Below are positions 12,900-24,009 of a stretch of DNA of 63,882 nucleotides, piece after piece. The DNA comes from Okamejei kenojei (taxonomy: Eukaryota). The translations under genes and the position numbers were made by a program. Positions within the stretch are counted from its first letter, which is position 1; every line of letters starts with the position of its first letter. The notes beneath the pieces were generated by a model. The model saw only the letters and a list, made by a program, of their open reading frames with translations, was not told where the DNA came from and ran no database searches. The stretch spans positions 310,119 to 374,000 of the forward strand of contig JAVHYY010000154.1 in assembly GCA_035221665.1 (NCBI GenBank). The letters run 5' to 3'.

Positions 12900-13337
12900 A
12901 GACTTAGCGCGCAGAGATACAGGCCGGAGTCCTGAAGCTTTACTTGTGTGATTGTCAACGGGATATTCCCTCCATTGGCCAGATCAGCCGCGAACCTCTC
13001 CCTTGCAAAATCCGCTTTTTCATTGTTGCTGTTATCCCGATACAAAATAAACTGCGGAGCCTGATCCGCTTGCTGTCGGTACCAATAGAGGTCGGGGTTG
13101 TCGCTACCTGTCGAGTACCTGCACTGTATTTTCACTGTCTTTCCTTCAACCACACTTAACTCGGTTTCCGGCTGCGTAACCGACTCTCCCCGAATATCCC
13201 CTGAAAAGTAAACGTTGGTGAATTGTGTTCAGCATTGAGTTGGAAAGTTGCAAACGTGGCATAAAACACAACGGAGAAAAGGCACCGTGATACTTACCGA
13301 ACACAGTGCATATTATCATAAGAATGTGGGAGAACAT
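12900..13337 (-). CDS. T-cell receptor alpha/delta V gene segment V1 (leader exon 13337-13298, V exon 13200-12900), apparently functional
   Basis: Leader MFSHILMIICTVFG|GTAAGT, 97-nt intron, tttcAG acceptor. V exon DIRGESVTQPETELSVVEGKTVKIQCRYSTGSDNPDLYWYRQQADQAPQFIL...LTITQVKLQDSGLYLCALS has the conserved C, W, D-x-x-x-Y-x-C and CALS; canonical RSS follows. Confidence 0.93.
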
Positions 13338-13487
13338 GGTCTCGTGGCTAACTTCGGCAGCAAACTTCTGCAGTAGCTTTGCCCTTACCTGTAACGATAG
13401 GACGGGGACAATATATCCGGATTGGGGTGATTGAAGCACCGTTCAAGGCAGAAGGTATACCGAAAGCTGAGGAAGTATTTACCTTTG

Positions 13488-13805
13488 GCGGCCGGGCGGC
13501 GCAGCGGTAGAATTGCTGCGGTAGTGACCCGGGTCGAAACTGACCACGGGTGTTGTGTTTACCTTCTCCCTGTCACCTTCGTGGAGTTTGCACCTTCTCC
13601 CTGTCACCTTCGTGGGGTTTTCTCCGGACTTTCCGGTTCACACCCACACTCCAAAGACGTAGGCTAATTAGCTTGGAAGAAAAGAGGAAATTATTCCTAG
13701 TTTGTGTAGACTAGCGTTAGTGTGCGGGGATCGCTGTTGGGCGCGGACTCGGTGGGCCGAAGGGACTTATTCCGCGCTGCATCTCAAAACTGAACTAAAC
13801 CAAAT
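13488..13805 (+). mobile_element. V-SINE (HE1-like tRNA-derived SINE)
   Basis: GGCGCAGCGGTAGA A-box-like head, V-domain GGAGTTTGCAnnTTCTCCC...TTCCGGTT...TCCAAAGACGT, and CR1-like 3' end GGGCCGAAGGG...AACTAAAC. Confidence 0.8.
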
Positions 13806-13864
13806 TTAACTGAAGTAAGCGGCAGTCTTGTAACGCGAGTAATGACCCACTGGGCGTTTTTTTT

Positions 13865-13990
13865 GCTACTTCCTCTGACGTCATGTGTTCGTCAGCATTG
13901 GTGTTTTCTCGGGCGAATGGGGGTGGACGCATCCTTCTTTGAGGAGAGTTTCAGTTTGTCTGTGCATCCATCCTTCCTCCCCACATCACC
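13865..13990. promoter_or_regulatory. Candidate TCR regulatory module (ETS + palindromic CRE + TCF/LEF-like + RUNX-like sites)
   Basis: ACTTCC next to TGACGTCA (13876-13883), CTTTGA (13937-13942) and CCACATC (13981-13987), in unique sequence upstream of V1. Confidence 0.4.
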
Positions 13991-14004
13991 AATTGGTATG
14001 TAGT

Positions 14005-14290
14005 TAAAATTGGCGGGGAAACAGGCCCTTCGGCCCACCACGCCGAGCAGCGATCTCTAACACTAACACTATCCCACGCACACTAACGATACTTAACAAG
14101 AATACCAAGTCAATTAACCTACAAACCTGAGGGTCTTTGGAGTGTGGGGGAAACCGAAGGTCCCGGAGAAAACCCACGCAGGTCACAACCCACGCAGGTA
14201 AAACGTAAACCGCCGTATAGATAATACCAGGATCGAAACCGGATTTCTGGCGCTGCACGGTAGCCACTCTACCGCTGCGCCACCGTGCCG
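14005..14290 (-). mobile_element. V-SINE (HE1-like)
   Basis: Reverse-strand homolog of 13488-13805 (GGCACGGTGGCGCAGCGGTAGAGT head). Confidence 0.8.
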
Positions 14291-14550
14291 GAAGTTGCAT
14301 TGGTACTGGTTTATTGACACTGAGAAACGGCGGAAGCAATGTTGTGTGTGTTATTTGGGCAGATCACACCCTGCACAAGTACAACAAAAGCATACATTAA
14401 AGAAAATGGTGGTGTGAAACGAGAAAGATATGCGGAATATACTGTTGCAACCCCGTTGGAAATGAAATAAATGTATTTTCTATGCAGAAGGTGCAACATA
14501 TGTAGAAATCTTTCCTATCATAATGCAAATGAGGACGGAAAAATAATGGA

Positions 14551-17500
14551 GACCATAATATAATATAACCATATAACCATATAACCATATAACAATTACA
14601 GCACGGAGACAGGCCCTCTCGGCCCTTCCAGTCCGTGCCGACCATTTGTTTTCCCCTAGTCCCATCTACCTGCACTCAGACCATACCCCTCCATTCCCTT
14701 CACGTCCATATACCTATCCACTTTACTTTTAAATGTTAAAATCGATCCTGCCTCCACCACTTCTGCTGGAAGCTCATTCCACACAGCCACCACCCTCTGA
14801 GTAAAGAAGTTACCCCTCACGTTACCCCTAAACTTCTGTCCCTTAATTCTCATGTCATGCCCTCTTGTTTGAATCTTCCCTACCCTCAATGGGAAAAGCT
14901 TATCCACGTCAACTCTGTCTATCCCTTTCATCATTTTAAAAGACCTCAATCAAGTCCCCCCTTAACCTTCTGCGCTCCAAAGAATAAAGACCTAACTTGT
15001 TCAACCTTTCTCTGTAACATAGTTGCTGGAACCCTGGCAACATTCTAGTAAATCTCCTCTGTACTCTCTCTATTTTGTTGACATCCTTCCTATAACTAGG
15101 CGACCAAAATTGTACACCATACTCCAGAATTGGTCTTACCAATGCCTTGTACAATTTTAACATTACTTCCCTACTCCTATATTCAATGCTCTGATTTATA
15201 AAGGCCAGCACACCAAAGGCTTTCTTTACCACCCTATCTACATGCGATTCCACCTTCAGGGAACTATGCACAGTTATTCCTAGATCCCTCTGTTCCACAG
15301 CATTCCTCAATTCCCTACCATTTACCATGTACGTCTATTTTGATTTGTCCTGCCAAGATGTAGCACTTCACACTTATCAGCATTAAACTCCATCTGCCAT
15401 CTTTCAGCCCACTTTTCCAAATGGCCCAAATCTCTCTGTAGACTTTGAGAATCTACTTCATTATCCACAATACCACCTATCTTAGTATCATCTGCATACT
15501 TACTTATCCAATTTTCCACCCCATCATCCAGATCATTGATGTACATGACAAACAACAGTGGACCCAACACAGATCCCTGAGGCACCCCACTGGTCACCGG
15601 CTTCCAACCTGACAAACAGCCATCCACCATTACTCTCTGACATCTCCCATTCAGCCACTGTTGAATCCATCTTGCTACTCCGCCATTAACACCCAAAGAT
15701 TGAACCTTCTGAACCAACCTTCCATGGGGAACCTTGTCAAAGGCCTTACTGAAATCCATATAGACAACATCCACTGCTTTACCCTCATCAATTTCCCTAG
15801 TTACCGCTTCAAAAAATCCAAGAAGGTTTGTCAAACATGACCTTCCAGGCACAAATCCATGTTGACTGTTCCTGATCAGACCCTGTTTATCCAGATGCTT
15901 ATATATATTACCTCTAAGTATCCTTTCCATTAATTTGCCCACCACTGACGTCAAACTAATAGGTCTATAATTGCTAGGTTTATTCTTTGAACCCTTTTTT
16001 AAACAATGGAACAACATGCGCAGTACGCCAATCCTCCGGCACTATTCCCGTTTCTAATGACATTTGAAATATTTCTGTCATAGCTCCTGCTATTTCTACA
16101 CTAACTTCCCTCAATGTCCTAGGGAATATCCTGTCAGGACCTGGAGATTTATCCACCTTTATATTTTTCAAAAGTGTCAGTACTTCCTCCTCTTTGAATC
16201 TCATAGTTTCCATAGCTACTCTACTTTTTTCCTTTACCTCACAGAGTTCAATATCCTTCTCCTTGATAAATACCGAAGAAAAGAAATTGTTCAATATCTC
16301 CCCCATCTCTTTTGGCTCTGCAGATAGCTGTCCATTCTGGTTCTCTAATGGTCCAATTTTATCCCTCGTTATCCTTTTGCTATTAATATAGCTGTAGAAA
16401 CCCTTTGGATTTACTTTCACCTTTCTTGCCAAAGCAACCTCATATCTTCTTTTAGCCTTCCTAATTTCTTTCTTAAGATTCTTTTTACATTCTTTATACT
16501 CCTCTAGCACCTCATTTACTCCATGCCTCCTATAATTATTGTAGATATCTCTCTTTTTTCGAAACAAGTGTCTAATTTCCCTTGAAAACCATGGCTCTTT
16601 CCAATTTTTACTATTTCCTTTCAACCTAACAGGGACATAAAGATTCTGTACTCTTACAATTTCCCCTTTAAATGTCCTCCATTTCTCTTCTACATCCTTC
16701 CCATGAAACAACGTGTCCCAATTCACTCCTTTAAAATCCTCACGCATTCCCTCAAAGTTACCCTTTCTCCAATCAAAAATCTCCACTCTAGGTCCTGTTC
16801 TGACTCGCTCCATAATTATATTGAAACTAATGGTATTGTGATCACTGGTCCCGAAGTGCTCACCAACGCATACCTCCGTCACCTGTCCTGCCTCATTTCC
16901 TAACAGGAGGTCCAGCACTGCCCCTTCTCTGGTCGGTACCTCTATGTACTGCTGCAAAAAACAATCCTGCACACATTTTACAAACTCCAAACCATCCAGC
17001 CCATTTACAGAATGTGTTTCCCAGTCTATTTTTGGGAAATTGAAATCTCCCACAATCACTACCTTGTGCTTACTACTAATATCTGCTATCTCCTTACATA
17101 TTTGCTCTTCCAATTCTCGCTCCCCATTTGGCGGTCTATAGTACACCCCTAAAAGTGTTGCTACACTGTTCCCCCTTCTCAGTTCCACCCAAATAGCCTC
17201 CCTAGACGAACCCTCTAATCTATCCTGCCAAAGCACTGCTGTAATATCCTCTCTGACAAGCAATGCAACACCTCCACCTCTGGTCCCTCCAATTCTATCA
17301 GCCCGGAAGCAACGAAATCCTGGAATATTTAGTTTCCAATCACAGCCCTCCTGCAACCATGTTTCACTGATTGCCACAACATCATATTTCCAGGTGTCAA
17401 TCCAGGCTCTAAGTTCATCCACCTTACTTACAATGCTCCTAGCATTAAAATATGCACATTTTATAAACCCACCATCCTTTATTCTCTGTCTATTATCGTT

Positions 17501-19347
17501 TTCATCTTTCTCGCCTACATTTTGGGTCCGAGTGCTTCCCTTCTCTGCCTCTTGCCCCACAACCTGTCCCCTAGCCCCCTCTACCCGAGTCCCTCCCCCC
17601 AGCCTTTCTAGTTTAAAGTCTCCCCAGTAGCCTTTGCAAATCTCCCTGCAAGGATATTGGTTCCCTTCGGGTTCAAGTGCAACCCGTCCTCTGCGTACAG
17701 ATCATGCCTTCCCCAAAAGAGGTCCCAGTGATCAAGAAACTTGAATCGCTGCCCACTGCACCAGTCCCTCAGCCACGCATTTAGCCTCCACCTCATTTCA
17801 ATCCTACTCTCACTGTCACGCGGCACAGGCAGTAATCCTGAAATCGTTACCCTTTTGGTCCTTCTCTTTAACTTTCCCCCCAACTCCCTAAATTCTCCCT
17901 TCATTACCTCGTCACTTTTTCTGCCTATGCCATTGGTACCTATGTGTACCACAACATCAGGCTCCTCTCCCTCCCTTATCAGAATCTTTTGGACACGTTC
18001 TGACACATGCGAGACCCTGGCACCAGGGAGGCAAACTACCATCCGGGTCTCCCGACTGCGTCCACAGAATCGCCTATCCGACCCCCTAACTATAGAGTCC
18101 CCTATTACAATTGCCCTCCTCTTTTTGCTACCCTTCTGAGCATCAGGGCCGGTCTCTGTGCCGGAGGCCCGGCCGCTGTTGGTGCCCCTGCTAGGCTGTC
18201 CCCTCCAATCGTACTCAAACCCGAGTACCTATTTTCCAGTTGTACGGTCACAGGGGTACTCTCTAGCCCCTGCCTCTTGCCCTTCCTAACCGTGACCCAC
18301 TTGTCTGCCTCCTGTGGTCTGGGAGTGACTACCTCCCTGTAGCTCCTCTCTATGACCTCCTCACTCTCCCTGACCAGACGGAGGTCGTCGAGCTGCTGCT
18401 CCAGGTTCCTAACACGATCCTTTAGGAGCCCCATCTCGACACACCTGGCGCAGATGTGTACGTCTGGAGGGCTATCAGATTCCCTGACCTCCCACATCTG
18501 ACATCCAGAACAGTACACTGCCCTGGCCTTCATACTGCCCCCCTTACACAGGATACAATAGCAACACAATATAAAATCACTACAAACTGCTGGGATCTGA
18601 CTGTAAATCAGCTGCTTTCCCTAGTCCACTTCCCACCAATCAGCGGCTTCCTCAAAAAAAAACCCACTTCTCCAAATGGAATGTTATGGATTTTGGTAAG
18701 CCTCTGAAAAAAACAAGCCCCGCGCTAGATTTTATAGCTTACCGGTCGGGTGTCGCTCCTCCTCCTCCTCCTCTTCCAACGGCTCATGTGGGCCTCTGAA
18801 AAAAACAAGCCCCGCGCTAGATTTTATAGCTTACCGGTCGGGTGTCGCTCCTCCTCCTCCTCCTCTTCCAACGGCTCCTGTGGGCCTCTGAAAAAACAAG
18901 CCCCGCGCTAGATTTTATAGCTTACCGGTCGGGTGTCGCTCCTCCTCCTCCTCCTCTTCCAACGGCTCCTGTGGGCCTCTGAAAAAACAAGCCCCGCGCT
19001 AGATTTTATAGCTTACCGGTCGGGTGTCGCTCCTCCCCCTCCTCCTCTTCCAACGGCTCCTGTGGGCCTCTGAAAAAACAAGCCCCGCGCTAGATTTTAT
19101 AGCTTACCGGTCGGGTGTCGCTCCTCCCCCTCCTCCTCTTCCAACGGCTCCTGTGGGCCTCTGAAAAAAAACAAGCCCCGCGCTTGATTTTATAGCTTAC
19201 CGGTCGGGTGTCGCTCCTCCCCCTCCTCCTCTTCCAACGGCTCCTGTGGGCCTCTGAAAAAACAAGCCCCGCGCTAGATTTTATAGCTTACCGGTCGGGT
19301 GTCGCTCCTCCCCCTCCTCCTCTTCCAACGGCTCATGTGGGCCTCAC
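14551..19347 (-). mobile_element. Full-length CR1 LINE: 5' monomer array, ORF1 (zinc finger + SGNH/GDSL esterase), ORF2 (APE + RT), microsatellite tail
   Basis: ORF1 about 18536-17608 (CSGC...HICARC; VVHIGTNG; DGLHLN). ORF2 about 17500-14656 in four pieces split by single-base indels. (ATAACCAT)n tail. Candidate TSD ATAATGGA at 14543-14550 and 19348-19355. Confidence 0.95.
18701..19345 (-). repeat. Seven tandem 91-93 bp monomers forming the CR1 5' UTR
   Basis: Unit cctctgaaaaaacaagccccgcgctagattttatagcttaccggtcgggtgtcgctcc(tcc)n...gtggg starts at about 18701, 18793, 18885, 18976, 19067, 19158 and 19251. Confidence 0.95.
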
Positions 19348-19469
19348 ATAATGGAAGAGAAACGACGAGACAACGGAGAGATGGACATTGAAAGTGCAAT
19401 AGGAAAGTGAGAAAACATAAATAGGCCAAAGGAAAAGCGAGCAAACCTAGAAACGACTCATGAGCAAAG

Positions 19470-19850
19470 GATTTGCTGGACGATCTAGGGTCTCGACCCA
19501 AAACATCACCTAAGCCTTTTCTCCAGAGATGCTGCTTCAACACTGAGTTACTCCAGCATGTTGTTATGATCTTTGCTAGAAGAACTCAGCGAGCCGGGTG
19601 GCTTCTGTGGGGGGATGGTCAGGGTCCGTTTCTCGTGGGGAGCCTTCTTCAGAGGTGCCTCCAAAGTCTGACGAACGTTTAAGACCCGACACGTCGTTGA
19701 CCTATTTCCCTCCACAGATGTTGCCTGGCCCACATAGTTCCTCCAATTGCCCAGGACTCCGGAAATAACACCCCACCTCTCCACCGACTGTCCTTTCTGT
19801 TTCCGGTATCAGTCTCCAGGTGCTGCTGATCACTGGTGCCAATTAGACCT
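19470..19850. mobile_element. Cluster of short Penelope-derived terminal fragments in both orientations
   Basis: Degenerate CTGAnGA..GACCCGAAACGTC..GATGCTGC..GAGTTACTCCAGC units. Confidence 0.55.
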
Positions 19851-20579
19851 GTCTGCTGATCCTTCATCAATAACTGCCTCCTGCGTGACGGATATGCTAC
19901 CACATCAACTTCAAAACCAAACCCGCAGACAAATTATATTTCACGTTTGCAAAAGAGAGGAGAGAAAGTGCTGCATAATATCATGCGTGAAGGTGATTCA
20001 TTCAGATTTTATTAAAGAGGCAACAAACGTAACGAACGAGAGAACCAGGTTCAAAATTCCCTGCGGAGCTCCTTGATCTAGAGTATCGACACAAGGCGTT
20101 GACTATCCCTTTATCGCTACAGATAGTCTTTCATCAACAATGTTTCTCCAGCAGTTTGTGTTTTTGTCCCAGTTCTTCATCTATTCATTACCGAATTTAC
20201 TCGCAGAATGCTGCTCGAAATTATATATAGGCGAAAATTATTTTCTATCGTCGTTGGGGATAGGATGCAACGTTGGGTGGGAAAGGATGGACAGAGCAGG
20301 GCGGTAAAAGGAATCCATTGCGTGGGGTGGAGGTGGCGGGAAGCGGTGACAAGAAGAAGGGAAGGAGAGGGTAAGCGAAATGTAGGATGGGGTTGAAACC
20401 TCCAAACTCCCCATCAACCATTATCTCAAAACCTATTGTAATTTTACAGGATCATTAAAAGCTACAAGACAGACGGCCATTCAAACAACCGTGGATATAT
20501 CAATATATCTCCACGGCTTCGCTCTATTTTCGCGGTTCTGAGCCTGTATATTGGTTTAATTCATTGGCCGGTGCTCCCG

Positions 20580-22930
20580 CATTGTCAGGAAGGAACTGCT
20601 GATGCTGCTTTAAACCGATGATTGGTACAAAAAGCTGGAGTAACTCCGCGGGCCAGACAGCATCTCTGCAGAAAAGGAATATGTGAGGTTTCTGGTTGGG
20701 AACGTTCTTCAGACTAAGAGTCAGCGGAAAGGGAAATGATAGAAATAGACGGTGAAATAGAGAAAGCGAACAAAGGAATGAAATATGTGCCCAGACTCAT
20801 TGGCTAGTTCTCAACAGATTATTGTAAATCATAAAAACATAGAAAGTAGATGCAGGGGGAGGGGGAGGGGGGGTGCGATACCTGTAGAGGAAGGGGTTTG
20901 GGTGGGACTGTATGAATTAAACAAGTGGTTGCGGAGGGAGCGGTCACCAACGGTATGATTAGTGGTCGGAGCACGATGGACTTGACGGAGATGACGGAGG
21001 TGCGGATGCTGCTGGGGTGAAAGATAAATACCAGAAAAATACTGTCGTTGATGCGTCTAGGCGGATGGAGGGAATCTAACGAAGGGGAACATACGAGGAG
21101 ACGCGCGTGAAGGACCCATCTATGATAGAAGGAGTGAAACCACTTTCACTAATGAATAAATATATCTCGAATATCGTTGTATTCAAAACCTTATATTGCA
21201 AGGAGTTGCGGCGGAGTTGGAGCAACTGAGAATAGGGGATAGCATCGTAGTAAGAGGCAGGGTTAGAAGAAATGTCGTCCTGGCAACTATGCGCCTAATA
21301 GACGTCAGTCGGTAGTCTGTCCCCTGTGATGGAGGCAGATAGATCAAGAAAGGGAAGAGAGATTTCAAAAATAGCGCTGGTGCATTTGTTGGCTGGGTGG
21401 AAGTTAGTGGTAACGTTTGTATGTCCACGAGATCTGCATGGATGCAGGAGGTAGCCCCGACACACATTGTTTCTAGTTCCTCCCCGCTTCAATGTCCGAA
21501 TAAGGGTCCAGACCGCAAAAATTACCTATCGTTTTTCCCTGCTCTACATCGGTGAGACCAAGCGTAGGCTTGGCGATCGTTTCGCCGAACACCTGCGCTC
21601 GGTTCGCAATAACCAACCTGATCTCCCGGTAGCTCAGCACTTCAACTCCCCCTCCCATTCCGAATCCGACCTTTCTCTCCTGGGCCTCCTCCATGGCCAG
21701 ACTGAGGCCCACCGTAAATTGGAGGAGCAGCACCTCATATTTCGCTTGGGCAGTTTACACCCCAGCGGTATGAACCCGAGGTGGCGCCATCGAGTGTGGG
21801 TGGCACCATCGAGTGTGGCAGCCTCGCCTGCAGTTGTTAGTCCTTCACCCATTCTTTATTTTTAGTTCGTCAAAAAGTTTTGTTTTAGAAGCCTTTTAGT
21901 ATTTTTTTGTGAGGGGTGGGGGGTGGGGAGGGGGAAACCGTTTTTTCCAGTCCTTACCTGGTCGAGGATGCGTCCTTCCTCGGAGTCGCATCTTCGCCCT
22001 CTCCTCGCGGCCTACCATCTGGATTGGCGCGTCCTTGTCTGTCGTAGACCGGCCAGAGCTTCGAGCTGCAGCTTCAGCGGCGGCACAGCACTGAGGTACC
22101 ATCGCGGGTTGCCGTGTGTAGCTCCGGAGTGCTGGGACTGCCGAATTCAACGTCGTGGAGCTGTGGTCTGCGGAGCTTCCAGCCGCGGCGGCGCAGAATG
22201 TATCATCGCGGATCCTGAGATCTTTCGCCGAGGTCGCCAGTGTTGGAGCTCCGTCCAGCGCGAGCCTGTGGACTTCGGGGGCCGGGGTCTCCGGTAGGAA
22301 GCGCCCGTTTCGGAACTCCAAGCCACTGAGAGCATTCTTCCGAGTTCCATTATTCCCGCGAGAGGGCCTAAAACATCGGGCCGCCGTAGCGGCGGCTGCA
22401 GAGGCCTCAATAGGCCCCGACCACGGGTGAACATAGAGGAAGTGGACGGAAATTTGCTGCCTTCCCTCACAGTGGGATAGGTTGATCCCGCTGTGGGGGG
22501 ATGTTTTTTATGTTTAAGGTTAAATTCTATTGTGTTGTATTTATCTTATTTGTGCACTGCATGGCAACTCAAATTTCACTGCACCAATTGGTGTATGTGA
22601 CAATAAATGTCCTTTGTCCTTTGTCATTTGCATGAACATTGACTTTTCCAATTTCAGGTAGTCCCTGTTTTCTCCTCCCCTCCCAGCTCTCCCTCAGCCC
22701 GCTGTCTCCGCCTCTTCCTTTCTTCTTCCCGCCTCCCCACCCTCACATCAGCCTGAAGGAGGGTCTCGACCTGAAACGTCGCCTATTTCCTTCACTTGCA
22801 TAGATGCTGCCTCACCCTCTGAGTTTTTCCACCATTTTTTTCTGCCTTCGATTTTCCAGCACCTGCAGTTCCTTCTTAAACTATCTGTTTTCCCCAGTTA
22901 TCATGTGACCCGTTGATTTATTCCAGCATT
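20580..22930. mobile_element. Penelope-like element remnants (antisense RT piece about 20580-21470; sense GIY-YIG piece about 21470-22930)
   Basis: ORF 21467: LLYIGETKRRLGDRFAEHLRSVR...VAQHFN...EQHLIFRLGSLHPSGMN, a GIY-YIG endonuclease C-terminus; pLTR-like end at 22750-22930. Confidence 0.8.
21776..22631 (+). mobile_element. Non-autonomous GC-rich retroposon with a Rex1/Babar-like 3' tail, inserted in the Penelope GIY-YIG
   Basis: Flanked by an ATGAAC duplication (21770-21775, 22632-22637); ends GACAATAAA(TGTCCTT)n; no RT coding. Confidence 0.65.
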
Positions 22931-23555
22931 ATTGTCCATCTTAGTTGCTCGGGAATATTGACTGGAATTATAGAGGGAGGGGGGTGCTAAACGGTTGGGG
23001 GCTACGTAAGCTGGCCTCCGTTGCCTTAATTTAGGACTTAGGTTGACAGCATAATGACGGACATGGACAAATCAAACGCCGTCAACAATCTATTTCACAG
23101 ACTAGAGGATTCTAAAGCCAGAGGACATCGGTACACGGAAGAGAAATGACGTAGCGGGATGCGAGGAGAAACGTTTTTCACTCAGAGGTTCAGTCCGAAT
23201 TTTAGTTCATGTGTGGAATCAGCTGGCAAAAGGAAAGTATAGATGCGGTAGTAGTTATGATTAAAAAACTATAAGAACAGATATATGATCGGAAAGGTTG
23301 AGGGGGCTGTGAGCCAAACACGCACAAAGGAGGTCAGCAGAATATACCAAATTGGTGGGCATCGTTAACGCGGGCTGTTAAGCATTTTTCCATGCTCTAC
23401 AGCTCTGCGCCACAAAACAGATTGACAGAATAATACGGATCATACGCATTGGTTTGGGGACTTTTGAATGTTGACCCATCATTTCTTGCAATGACCGATT
23501 AATGTTGGTGGACAGGTGTTGCTGAGCTCGTTTTCGCGGTTTACGTTTACGTTGA

Positions 23556-23593
23556 GGTTTTTGTACAGTGTCGGGGAGTTTTGTAACGCCGTG
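23556..23593 (-). other. V(D)J recombination signal sequence, 22-bp spacer (23-type)
   Basis: Minus strand CACGGCG (23593-23587), 22 nt spacer, perfect ACAAAAACC (23564-23556). Confidence 0.9.
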
Positions 23594-23891
23594 ATACGCA
23601 ACGCACAGAAATAGATGGCGCTATCTTCGACCTTTGCATCAGAAATCACCAAACGGAAGACTTGATAATTTTGGAAAAGGCGAGCGCGGAAGCGTCCCGT
23701 CCCAATGCCCGCATCCATTGGCTTCGTGTTATCCAGATGCATCTGAGGTGCCTCAATCCGGTGCAGGCGGTACCAATAAAGCTCCGGGTTAACATAACTG
23801 GTGTTGTACTTGCAACTGAACTCAGGATGATCTCCTTCAATCGCCTCCACATCGCCCTGATTCTGAACAACGGAATCCCCTTCAATTGTAC
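23594..23891 (-). CDS. T-cell receptor alpha/delta V gene segment V2 (V exon intact; leader exon appears defective)
   Basis: Acceptor tcactccAG|GT (23893-23892); TIEGDSVVQNQGDVEAIEGDHPEFSCKYNTSYVNPELYWYR...FRLVISDAKVEDSAIYFCALR, then the RSS. The upstream leader-like WQISVYFLLL (about 23950-23978) has no in-frame ATG. Confidence 0.85.
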
Positions 23892-24009
23892 CTGGAGTGA
23901 ATAATTCAATTCATCTCTTTATCGAATTCTTCGTCGACAAAGCTCACACCAGCAGCAAAAAGTATACGCTAATCTGCCATTAATATGTCCATCGGTATTG
24001 AGGAGATGG

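Noticed and set aside
18701-19345. Regular repeat array resembling a CRISPR array
   Set aside because: The units are identical along their whole length with no unique spacers, and this is a eukaryotic LINE 5' UTR.
20045-20075. GGTTCAAAATTCCC, resembling a tRNA T-arm
   Set aside because: No cloverleaf or A-box could be built; the SINE heads elsewhere are likewise not intact tRNA genes.
20488-20517. Short inverted repeat CCGTGGA...TCCACGG
   Set aside because: A single short imperfect hairpin, compatible with chance.
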